Of a stretch of DNA of 64,000 nucleotides, positions 8,941-16,809 are shown in pieces. The translations under genes and the position numbers were made by a program. Origin of the DNA: Nitrososphaeria archaeon (GTDB lineage Archaea > Thermoproteota > Nitrososphaeria > Conexivisphaerales > UBA164); the NCBI GenBank assembly GCA_049976505.1, contig JBMFIC010000001.1, forward strand, positions 19,985 to 83,984, read 5' to 3'. Position 1 is the stretch's first letter. Every line of letters begins with the position of its first letter. Below the pieces are notes generated by a model. The model saw only the letters and a list, made by a program, of their open reading frames with translations. It did not search any database and was not told the DNA's origin.

Positions 8941-9489
8941 TTGATAGCAGTTCCTGGCGATAGAGTTGGTGTTATAGAGGCGTTTGAGCCGGAAGGAGAG
9001 TACAAGCTAGTTGATGGGGATATAGTAGCCACCGTTCTCTCAAACGTTATAATCGATAAAAAGGAAAAAAAGGTTAGGATACAGCCAATAAAGAAGGGAA
9101 CAATCAAGGAAGGGGACATAGTTATTGGAAGGGTGGACTACATTCAGAGGCCTTTCGGGTTCGTTACCATAATTTCAGCGCTCAATAAAGATATTTCGAC
9201 GGACATAAAGGGCATGATTTACATCAATCCAGAGGAGGAGTATCCGCCAGTGCTTGAGGGCTCCATCATCAGAGCAAGAGTTGCGAAGCTTTCAGCAGGC
9301 GTTATTATATTGACCGTCGAGGATGAAAACCTAGGAGTTATAGAATCCTACTGCAACTTCTGTGGCGGCCCTTTAACTAGAAGAGGAAAGAACACGGCAA
9401 GGTGCAGCTGGTGTGGCAGGGTGCTTAAGGTAAAGCTGGCACCTGACTTTAGGACAAAGACTCCACCTTACAGGGTTATCCTTGAGTAG
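8941..9489 (+). CDS. csl4: Exosome complex RNA-binding subunit Csl4
   Basis: N-terminal domain, an S1-like core (GDIVIGRVDYIQRPFGFVTI) and a C-terminal zinc ribbon (CNFCGG..CSWCG). Confidence 0.75.
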   Translation: MIAVPGDRVGVIEAFEPEGEYKLVDGDIVATVLSNVIIDKKEKKVRIQPIKKGTIKEGDIVIGRVDYIQRPFGFVTIISALNKDISTDIKGMIYINPEEEYPPVLEGSIIRARVAKLSAGVIILTVEDENLGVIESYCNFCGGPLTRRGKNTARCSWCGRVLKVKLAPDFRTKTPPYRVILE

Positions 9490-9539
9490 CACGAGGAACT
9501 ATAAATAGGCTTAAATTCAATAAATTCAACTTAAGAGCG

Positions 9540-10616
9540 ATGAGCCAGGATTCGCAGGATAAGCAGACTGTTCTGAGCTTTCTTAAGGGAGTCAGGGATC
9601 CCGTCCTCAACAAGGATATTGTTTCTCTGGGGTTTGTCAAGGAGGTGGAGGTTAACGGCAGGCAGGTTCATCTGAAGCTATCTCTCACGTCTCCAGGATG
9701 CCCGCACAAGGAGGAGATCGTGTCGGATATCTACAGAGCATTGGAAGGCTATTCGGTGGCTTTAGATTTAACGTATAGCGTGCTGAGCGGATCGCTCGTA
9801 AGAAAAAGCGGCACGAGAAAGGTAAAGAACATAGTTGCTGTTGGAAGCGGAAAGGGCGGCGTCGGCAAGTCAACGGTGACTATTCTTCTCGCTTACGCTC
9901 TCAAAAGGCTAGGAGCGAAGGTCGGCATCATAGATCTGGACTTCTATGGAGCAACGGTACCGAGCATGCTCGGGTCCAGCTTTGAACAGAGGATTACTGA
10001 AGATGGTCAGCTGCTTCCTGCTGAGCATGAAGGCATTAAGATCATCTCGCTTGGCTACTTTCTGCCGGCAAACGCCAGCGTGATATGGAGGGGCCCCATG
10101 CTGACAAAGGCCATTCACGATTTTATGGACAAGGTTGAATGGGGGGAGCTTGACTACCTGCTGGCAGATCTGCCGCCAGGAACGGGCGATGTGCCGATAA
10201 CCCTAGGGCAGGACAGGCTCATAAACGCTGCCGTGATAGTTTCAACACCCCAGCCGGCCGCCGTGAACGTAGCGCTGAGGCTCGTTGACATGCTGAAGAA
10301 GCTGAACGTTCCCGTAATAGGAGGCATTGAGAACATGAGCTATTTTATCTGCCCAGGAAGCAAGGAGAGGGTCGAGCTCTTTGGCAGCAAGTACTTTCAG
10401 GAAAAACTGAATGAGCTCGGACTATCTTATCTCGGCTCGCTTCCCTTTGTGCCTCAGCTGAGAGAGCTCGAAGATCAGGGAGTAAACGAGGAGAAGATAT
10501 CCTACATAATAGAGGACGTGTTACCAGTTGCAAGGGAACTCACATGCAGGCTGAGTCAGATAAATGCCCAGGTCCAGGAAAGGCCCTTCTTCCTTAACGT
10601 TCCGAAAAGAAAATAA
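9540..10616 (+). CDS. Mrp/NBP35/ApbC-family Fe-S cluster carrier ATPase with N-terminal DUF59-like domain
   Basis: Deviant Walker A VGSGKGGVGKST, DLPPGTGD, and an N-terminal MIP18/DUF59-like segment. Confidence 0.9.
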   Translation: MSQDSQDKQTVLSFLKGVRDPVLNKDIVSLGFVKEVEVNGRQVHLKLSLTSPGCPHKEEIVSDIYRALEGYSVALDLTYSVLSGSLVRKSGTRKVKNIVAVGSGKGGVGKSTVTILLAYALKRLGAKVGIIDLDFYGATVPSMLGSSFEQRITEDGQLLPAEHEGIKIISLGYFLPANASVIWRGPMLTKAIHDFMDKVEWGELDYLLADLPPGTGDVPITLGQDRLINAAVIVSTPQPAAVNVALRLVDMLKKLNVPVIGGIENMSYFICPGSKERVELFGSKYFQEKLNELGLSYLGSLPFVPQLRELEDQGVNEEKISYIIEDVLPVARELTCRLSQINAQVQERPFFLNVPKRK

Positions 10617-10639
10617 AGCGTATTATGCCAAAAATAAAC

Positions 10640-10697
10640 GGCGATGATGATTCAGAGTTAAAATGATCTTATGATATGAAGGCATTTGTCTGAGCTC
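10640..10697 (+). ncRNA. Candidate C/D box sRNA (2'-O-methylation guide)
   Basis: It lies in the 117-nt gap between mrp and padR. The layout is C box ATGATGA (10644-10650), 12 nt, D' ATGA (10663-10666), 4 nt, C' ATGATAT (10671-10677), 12 nt, D box CTGA (10690-10693). This is the canonical 12-nt spacer architecture. C'/D' are degenerate and the terminal stem is weak. Confidence 0.35.
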
Positions 10698-10733
10698 TGA
10701 AAGTTTAAAAGCGGTTTAAGCGCTTTTTAATGC

Positions 10734-11048
10734 GTGAAAGAGCGGCGCACCGCCAATATTCCTAAGGGCTACCTTGAGCTCTTCGTGCTCAAGCTTCTCA
10801 GCCAGTATCCAGCAAATGGGGTGGAGCTTATTAATTTAATAAGGAAGGCCACAAATGATAAATGGAGCCCTAGCCCAGGGAGCCTTTATCCTATTCTCAG
10901 AAAGCTGGAATCGGAGGGGTTCATTTACAGGGTTGATGAAAGCAACCGCTTCGTGACCACAGGGAAGGGATTGGAGCGCATGAAGCGCCTGAGGGAGGAG
11001 GCCATGCTGGTTCAGGAAATAATAAACGTTGTCATGAAGGAGCTGTAG
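10734..11048 (+). CDS. PadR-family transcriptional regulator
   Basis: GYLELFVLKLL...SPGSLYPILRKLESEGFI is a PadR winged-helix signature. The length is 104 aa. Confidence 0.8.
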   Translation: MKERRTANIPKGYLELFVLKLLSQYPANGVELINLIRKATNDKWSPSPGSLYPILRKLESEGFIYRVDESNRFVTTGKGLERMKRLREEAMLVQEIINVVMKEL

Positions 11049-11050
11049 AT

Positions 11051-11278
11051 TTACCTTAGCAGCCTCCTAGAGACGAACTCCCTTATTAAATAGAACACGA
11101 TCACCCATATTGTTAATACCGCTATACCAATGAGATCCCTTATCATCTCCATGACCACGCCCCTAAGGCCATCGGTTAGAAGCAGTGCCTGTTTCATTAA
11201 ATAAAAGCTTGCTATAAGCAGGAGCCACGTGACGATAACTGAGAGAGATATGTAGAGCAGAGGAATATATCGTTTCAT
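11051..11278 (-). CDS. Small membrane protein (two predicted TM helices), function unknown
   Basis: 75 aa with hydrophobic segments. Its start overlaps the upstream gene's stop by 4 nt, which suggests translational coupling. Confidence 0.4.
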   Translation of the reverse strand: MKRYIPLLYISLSVIVTWLLLIASFYLMKQALLLTDGLRGVVMEMIRDLIGIAVLTIWVIVFYLIREFVSRRLLR

Positions 11279-12240
11279 ATGTAGAACACCAGCATCGTAA
11301 TAAGGCTCAGAGCCATCGATATCGCGGCCAGAACCAGGAACGCAGAGATCAGCTGCTTCTCGTTGAGGGCTTCCCTGGAAGCAAGAAGCCTCGCAATGGT
11401 CACTGGGGCGCGAGGATCTTTATTTGCAATCATTCTAAAGTCGTCAAGAACGATCAGTGGCCTTACAAGCCCCGAGTGCTCCTTGAAGCCTTTGATAGAC
11501 GAAAGTATGAAGAATCCATTGAATATCAACGGAAGGGTGGCAACTATGCCAATAACCTCTGCGTGGGAAATTATCATGAGCCCCACGATTCCTGCGCCCA
11601 TCAGCATGGAGCCGCTGTCCCCTGGAAATATCCTGGAGGGGTAGTTATGGAACATAAAAAACGCAGCCACCGAGGCCTCAAAGGCCAGCCCCACCGCCAG
11701 CGCCTGATAGTTTCCTTTAAGGTAATCGTAGATAATTATGGGAATGACGCTTATGGCTGTAGTTCCAGAAACTACGCCGTTGAACACGTCTATCATGTTC
11801 GTGGCATTAGTGTAAATTGGATAGCCGATAAGAATCAAAAAGGGATACAGAATTTTGATGGTTACCTTCCCCACGAACGGTAGATGAGGCGAGGGCAGGT
11901 ACGCATGGAGAAGGATTACAGGAAGCGCAGCGAGCAGTGCAAGAAGGGGCTTCTCTGGACCGCCGAACTTCTTCAGATCATCGGCAAGTCCTATTAAAAA
12001 GGCCACGAACGTTGACATAACGTATGCAATCGCCACCGAACTGTGAACAAAGAGCAGAGCCATGAGAAGTCCGATCATTATAGCAGGGCCTCCAGGTCTT
12101 GGAACCATGGGGCTGTTAGGCTTGTGAGCGTCAGGAACCATCAGGCCTCTTTTCCTTAGGGCTCTCTCAAGGAGCGCGCTCAAAAGAATGGTAACAGCGA
12201 ACGATAGCCCCGCAATGCCCATCATTACATATTCAGACAT
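11275..12240 (-). CDS. Glycosyltransferase family 4 (polyprenyl-phosphate HexNAc-1-phosphate transferase, AglH/MraY-like)
   Basis: Polytopic membrane protein with DDLKKF and NMIDVFNG motifs, matching the MraY/WecA family DD and NxxD/N-G motifs. Confidence 0.8.
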   Translation of the reverse strand: MSEYVMMGIAGLSFAVTILLSALLERALRKRGLMVPDAHKPNSPMVPRPGGPAIMIGLLMALLFVHSSVAIAYVMSTFVAFLIGLADDLKKFGGPEKPLLALLAALPVILLHAYLPSPHLPFVGKVTIKILYPFLILIGYPIYTNATNMIDVFNGVVSGTTAISVIPIIIYDYLKGNYQALAVGLAFEASVAAFFMFHNYPSRIFPGDSGSMLMGAGIVGLMIISHAEVIGIVATLPLIFNGFFILSSIKGFKEHSGLVRPLIVLDDFRMIANKDPRAPVTIARLLASREALNEKQLISAFLVLAAISMALSLITMLVFYI

Positions 12241-13168
12241 TTTCTTCTCTGGACAGCTTATACTTGGCGCCGTTTAAATAATCTATCGTCCTGCATACCT
12301 GGCACAGCTCGCCCTTTGAGGGCCAGCCGCATCTCCTGCAGAGCTGTCCCTCGGCCTTATGCTTTTCAGACGAAATCTGCATGAAGGTGCTTAGAAGCTG
12401 ATATTTTATTCCCGGATGCCTCTCTTCAAGCCCGTTGAGAAAGGTTCTTATTTCAGACCTTATTCCCTGCTCCATGTATGGACAGGTAACCGTCTGGAAA
12501 TCAAAGCCCTTCAGCATCGCGAATATCGCGAGCTCCTTTTCGTAGATTCTGAAGAACGGATGAACCTTTCTGATTCCGAAGGCCTGCGACTCCTCGACTG
12601 CTGGGTTGAACGTCCTCAGCCTTTCAACGTCACCATTTGTGAGCAAAATGAAGTAGGTCTGAAGCACGTCATCCAAGTTGTGGGCCGTTGCCACAACCTG
12701 TGCCCCAAGCTCCTTTGCAGCTATGTCGAGTCCCCTTCTTCGAAATATGCCGCAGATTGTGCACGATGAAAGCTTTCCCCTGAGGGGCTGCACTTCGTCA
12801 ATGCTGTAGCTGAATAGCTGTTTGTAAGAGTATACAACGTGTTTTACGTTGAGGCTGGAGGCCATTTTGGACGCTATCTCTATCCCCTCCTCCCTGTAGC
12901 CCTTTATTCCCTCATCTAGGGTAACAGCGATTATTTCGTTTCCCTTAAAGAACTTCGCAAGAACATAGAGGAGAGAGATGCTGTCCTTTCCCCCCGAAAC
13001 CCCTACGACGATCCTTTCGCCGTACTTTATCATCTGATACTTTCTAACTGTTTCAAGAGTAGTGTCGTAAATAGAAGTTACAAAACATCCCTTACACAGA
13101 TACTCTCCCGAGTACGGCCTGTAATAAAAGGATGGCCTGCCGCACTTGCTACATGGCTTTAAATCCAT
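12233..13168 (-). CDS. tRNA 2-thiolation PP-loop ATPase (TtuA/NcsA family), paralog 1
   Basis: PP-loop VGVSGGKDS, N-terminal CxxC...CxxC, central CTIC, and C-terminal CRRCG..CQVC zinc or Fe-S ligand cysteines. Confidence 0.8.
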   Translation of the reverse strand: MDLKPCSKCGRPSFYYRPYSGEYLCKGCFVTSIYDTTLETVRKYQMIKYGERIVVGVSGGKDSISLLYVLAKFFKGNEIIAVTLDEGIKGYREEGIEIASKMASSLNVKHVVYSYKQLFSYSIDEVQPLRGKLSSCTICGIFRRRGLDIAAKELGAQVVATAHNLDDVLQTYFILLTNGDVERLRTFNPAVEESQAFGIRKVHPFFRIYEKELAIFAMLKGFDFQTVTCPYMEQGIRSEIRTFLNGLEERHPGIKYQLLSTFMQISSEKHKAEGQLCRRCGWPSKGELCQVCRTIDYLNGAKYKLSREENV

Positions 13169-13170
13169 AT

Positions 13171-13425
13171 CTAATCAGAATTAAGATTCCCCTTGTGGGC
13201 GTGCAGGACTACTGCGCTTACAGTGCTTTTCACGCCCTGTATCTTGAGTATCTTGTCCTTAAGGATGTGCCTGAACTCCTCGATGTCCCTGCACTTTATT
13301 ATTGAAATTATGTCGAACTCGCCTGTTACTTCGTAAAGGCCCACCACTTCATCCATTTCGCTTAGGCTCTTTATCACGTTATCCATCATGGGGGACTCCA
13401 CGAATATGCTTACAAACACAAGCAT
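13171..13425 (-). CDS. Stand-alone Lrp/AsnC ligand-binding (RAM) domain protein
   Basis: 84 aa. VVGLYEVTGEFDIISIIKCRDIEEF...IQGVKSTVSAVVL matches the AsnC C-terminal domain, with no HTH. Confidence 0.6.
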   Translation of the reverse strand: MLVFVSIFVESPMMDNVIKSLSEMDEVVGLYEVTGEFDIISIIKCRDIEEFRHILKDKILKIQGVKSTVSAVVLHAHKGNLNSD

Positions 13426-13527
13426 AATTTCTCAAAAATATGGTGTGCTATTAAGCTTATCTAATAAAACTTTCAGCAGGTATACCAGTGCCAAACGTTT
13501 AATAACTTTGAAAACCAGTTTCTTGGT

Positions 13528-14538
13528 ATGAAGGCAATGGTTTTGCACAGGCCGGCGCCTGCTGAAACAGATCCTCTTAAATACGAGGACTATCCTACGC
13601 CTACTCCCAAAAGGGGCGAGGCGCTGATCAGAGTAATTTCATGTGGCGTATGTCACTCAAACCTTCACATGATAGAAGGCGATTGGGTTAAATACGGAGT
13701 GCCGGCAAAGCTTCCCATAATCCCCGGCCATGAAATTATTGGCAAGGTTGTAGAGCTGGGGGAAGGAGTAGAGAACTTCAGAAAGGGCGATATAGTTGGC
13801 GCACAGCCTCTGTACTCTGCGTGTGGCAGGTGCGAGTACTGTTTAACTGGCAACGAACACCTCTGCAACAGCGTGCAGATAACCGGGGAGACGGTTGACG
13901 GAGGATATGCTGAGTATTTTCTTGGAAAGGCTGACTACATGTATAAGGTTCCCGATAACATAGACCCAGAGACCAGCTCACCGCTCTTCTGCCCTGGCGT
14001 TACTGCCTACAGGGCCTCCAAGCTGGCAAACCTTGGCCCTGGCAAAAAGGCATACGTTCTGGGGATAGGAGGAGTAGGCCACGTTGCGCTTCAAACATCG
14101 AAGCTGTTTGGAAGCGAGGTGATAGCCGTCTCAACAAGCGAATCGCACGCCAAGCTGGCCGAAGAGATGGGAGCTGACAAAGTTGTTATGGCAAACAGGG
14201 ACTACTCAAACCTTGAAGACCACTATGAAAAGGCCGACTCGGTCATAGTGTTCTCACCGTCGCAGAAGGCCATAGATGCTGCCATCAAGCTGGCAAAGAA
14301 GCAGGCAACCGTCGTCATTGGAGTCTTCGGCAACATAAACGACTTCAGGTTTCCTAAGGAGCTAATAATTAGGGGAAGCGTTGTCGGCTCGAGAAAGGAC
14401 ATGCAGGAGGTGCTATCCCTGGCCTCAAAGGGTCTGATAAAGCTTAAAGTTACAAAGTTCAAGCTGGAGGAGGCAAACGAGGTTCTAAAGAAGCTGAAGG
14501 GCGGGGAAATAGTAGGAAGAGCTGTACTGCTCCCATGA
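13528..14538 (+). CDS. Zinc-dependent alcohol dehydrogenase (MDR family)
   Basis: CGVCHSNLH, PGHEIIGKV, a structural-zinc Cys cluster (CGRCEYCLTGNEHLC), and GIGGVGH NAD-binding motif. Confidence 0.85.
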   Translation: MKAMVLHRPAPAETDPLKYEDYPTPTPKRGEALIRVISCGVCHSNLHMIEGDWVKYGVPAKLPIIPGHEIIGKVVELGEGVENFRKGDIVGAQPLYSACGRCEYCLTGNEHLCNSVQITGETVDGGYAEYFLGKADYMYKVPDNIDPETSSPLFCPGVTAYRASKLANLGPGKKAYVLGIGGVGHVALQTSKLFGSEVIAVSTSESHAKLAEEMGADKVVMANRDYSNLEDHYEKADSVIVFSPSQKAIDAAIKLAKKQATVVIGVFGNINDFRFPKELIIRGSVVGSRKDMQEVLSLASKGLIKLKVTKFKLEEANEVLKKLKGGEIVGRAVLLP

Positions 14539-15284
14539 ATCTGGAGGATTACAAGTTCGAAAGCTATCTTTACGTCATAAAGGAGCTGGGCATAGACCCC
14601 CGCAAAGATATAATATCGACGTACATTCTTGATGAAATTCTTAGGGCAAAGCCGGTTAAAAGAGCAGAGGAGGTCGTAAGATCATTATTAAAAGGGAGAA
14701 AGGCTGTGGTCGTTGGAGCCGGTCCATACGTCCTGCACGATCTTAAGAGAGCCCACGAAAATGGACTTCTGAACGGCTCCGTAATACTTGCTGCAGATGG
14801 CGCTTCGCTGGCTTTCCAGAGCTTTACAGGACAAGTCCCGCATATCATCGTTACTGATCTCGATGGATTTCCTGAGGAAGAAGTAAAGATGGTAAACCAG
14901 GGCTCGATCCCGGTGGTTCATGCTCATGGCGACAACGTGGACAAAGTTGTAGGCTACGTGCCCAAAATGGCCTGGGCTTTGGGCACAACCCAGACGTTTG
15001 AGACACAGCTGGTGAAGAACTATGGGGGGTTTACTGATGGTGACAGGGCCTGTTACATAGCATGCGCCTTTGACGCAGCTGAAATTTATCTGCTAGGAAT
15101 GGATTTCAGCAATATAGTAGGAGAGTACTCTAACCTTAACAAGTTCGTCGGGAGCTTTGACAGGAAAAGGAAAAAGCTTCTTATCGGTATAAGGATGCTG
15201 AAAGCTCTTGCCAGGAGATGCAACGCACAGATGGTCAACGCGAGCTTCAACGCCACAATAATAGATGGAATAAAAAACCTATAA
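14535..15284 (+). CDS. DUF115 / MptE-like 6-hydroxymethylpterin diphosphokinase family protein
   Basis: VVVGAGPYV, ILAADGA, IVTDLDG and HAHGDN are collinear with the archaeal MptE family as I recall it. An ATGA overlap with the adh stop is present. Confidence 0.6.
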   Translation: MNLEDYKFESYLYVIKELGIDPRKDIISTYILDEILRAKPVKRAEEVVRSLLKGRKAVVVGAGPYVLHDLKRAHENGLLNGSVILAADGASLAFQSFTGQVPHIIVTDLDGFPEEEVKMVNQGSIPVVHAHGDNVDKVVGYVPKMAWALGTTQTFETQLVKNYGGFTDGDRACYIACAFDAAEIYLLGMDFSNIVGEYSNLNKFVGSFDRKRKKLLIGIRMLKALARRCNAQMVNASFNATIIDGIKNL

Positions 15285-15297
15285 CCTGAAGGATAGC

Positions 15298-15816
15298 TCA
15301 GGAACTAAGAAGTTCGATCCGTATTTCCTCCTTTGCTTCGTGCATCTTTCTATCCTCCGTAAGGATATCCACATTGTACCCATTAAGGAGAAGAAGATAG
15401 TACAGAGTGAGCAGCATCGCGTCCTTGTTATCGACCTTTCTTTTGATCGATCCGTCCTCGTTCCTTACGTTAGCTCTAGTTGAAGCCTTTGAGATGATGA
15501 TCCTGAATCTTTTATCGATGACGTAATCCTCAGCGCTAAAGTAGTCATTTCTGAAGGGAGTCATAAGAACTATCAGATTCGGTGAGGAGCGCTCTCTGAG
15601 GATTTTTGATACATTACGTTTGTTTATCTCAAATTCCTTGTCAGTAACCTTTTTGAACTGGCTAAAGATAAAATCTGGAACTACGTTTATGACAGAGGCA
15701 TCACTAAGGTTCCTTATAAAGTCAGCTCCTCTGTTGATTAAGAACGAAGTATCATACAGCATGATCCTTCTGTCTTTAAATCGTCTAAGATCTCTATCGT
15801 CAAGGATGCCGTTCAT
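15298..15816 (-). CDS. Hypothetical protein, PIN/NYN (LabA-like) nuclease-fold candidate
   Basis: RIMLYDTSFLIN (first acidic motif) and ..NKDAMLLTL..YNVDILTEDRKM (distal acidic motifs) resemble PIN/NYN layouts. ATG 15816 is preferred over GTG 15837 because TTTAAAAAA lies ~29 nt upstream. Sample lines are AT-richer than neighbours. Confidence 0.35.
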   Translation of the reverse strand: MNGILDDRDLRRFKDRRIMLYDTSFLINRGADFIRNLSDASVINVVPDFIFSQFKKVTDKEFEINKRNVSKILRERSSPNLIVLMTPFRNDYFSAEDYVIDKRFRIIISKASTRANVRNEDGSIKRKVDNKDAMLLTLYYLLLLNGYNVDILTEDRKMHEAKEEIRIELLSS

Positions 15817-15854
15817 AACGTTTATGGATAAAATCACGTGTTTTTTAAATTGGA

Positions 15855-15909
15855 ACGGTCTAATATTTTTTGCTTAACATCTTTAGTTAAGCATGTGTGG
15901 AAAGACCGT
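15855..15909. promoter_or_regulatory. Nested dyad-symmetric element in a divergent promoter (candidate operator or ParB site)
   Basis: Outer arms are ACGGTCT (15855-15861) / AGACCGT (15903-15909). Inner arms are GCTTAAC (15872-15878) / GTTAAGC (15886-15892). Both pairs are centred on 15882. The element is flanked by TATA-like boxes: TTTAAAAAA (minus strand, 15841-15849) and TTATATTTTTAAAA (15923-15936). Confidence 0.4.
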
Positions 15910-15954
15910 CTACAGCATCCAATTATATTTTTAAAAGTCGTCAATATTTGCAGG

Positions 15955-16809
15955 ATGTCAAACCTAGTTAAGCTCCTTACAAAGGAGCCGGTCGAGATAC
16001 CTCTTGAGGACATCGATGCTGAGTCCTTTGTGTTCAGAAGCAGCTTCGAGGGCCTTGAGGAGCTAGCTGAGTCGATAAAATCTCTGGGGCTGATTGAGCC
16101 AGTAATAGTAAGAAGAAATCCAAAATGGGACAAACCTTACCAGCTGATTGCTGGTCACAGGAGGTACAGAGCCTGCAGGATGCTCGGCCTGAAGAGCATA
16201 AAGGCGATAATCATAGATGTAAATGATAAGGATGCCTACCTGATAGCCATAACTGAAAATCTGCAACGGAAAAGCCTGAATCCAATAGAGGAGGCAATAG
16301 CGTACTACAATTACGTACATAAGAGAGGATGGGGCGGTATAACCGAGCTGGCAAGAAACATAGGAAAGTCCCCAGCATATGTTTCATTCTACATCAGGCT
16401 GCTGGAGCTTCCGAGCGAAGTTCAAGAAATGATAGCGCGTGGAGAGCTCAAGCCGTTTGTTGCCGCAGAGCTGGAAAAGGTCAAGGATGAGGAAGCTATG
16501 AAAGAGCTCGTAATGGAGCTTAAAAGGAAGAGGATGGGGATGAGGGCTCTGAGGAGGAGAATAAACGACCTAAGAATGAAAAAGGCGGACGCTAGGATGA
16601 AATATCAGCTCGTTATAAAAACCATGATAGCATCTACAAGAAACTGTCTTATACAGTATGATCTGGCCATAAATAAGCTTGAGGAGGGATCCGAGGAATA
16701 CAGAAGGGCAATCAGCTTTAGGTATCAGCTTCATCAGCTTTTGGATCAGCTCATCAACGAGTACTCAGACATCAAGAAGGAACTTTCGCAAGAAGGAGTA
16801 TTTGTTTAG
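15955..16809 (+). CDS. ParB/Spo0J-like protein (ParB N-terminal CTPase-type domain plus HTH, C-terminal basic coiled coil)
   Basis: LIEPVIVR...YQLIAGHRRYRACRMLG (GxRR box), ENLQRKSLNPIEEA, and HTH ITELARNIGKSPAYVSFYIRLLELP. ATG 15955 is preferred over GTG 15838 because a TATA-like box lies ~26 nt upstream. Confidence 0.75.
   Translation: MSNLVKLLTKEPVEIPLEDIDAESFVFRSSFEGLEELAESIKSLGLIEPVIVRRNPKWDKPYQLIAGHRRYRACRMLGLKSIKAIIIDVNDKDAYLIAITENLQRKSLNPIEEAIAYYNYVHKRGWGGITELARNIGKSPAYVSFYIRLLELPSEVQEMIARGELKPFVAAELEKVKDEEAMKELVMELKRKRMGMRALRRRINDLRMKKADARMKYQLVIKTMIASTRNCLIQYDLAINKLEEGSEEYRRAISFRYQLHQLLDQLINEYSDIKKELSQEGVFV

Noticed and set aside
15838-15954. N-terminal 39-codon extension of the ParB-like ORF (GTG 15838)
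   Set aside because: The extension covers the dyad element and the TATA-like box. Homology to ParB begins after ATG 15955, which has a TATA box at the leaderless distance.
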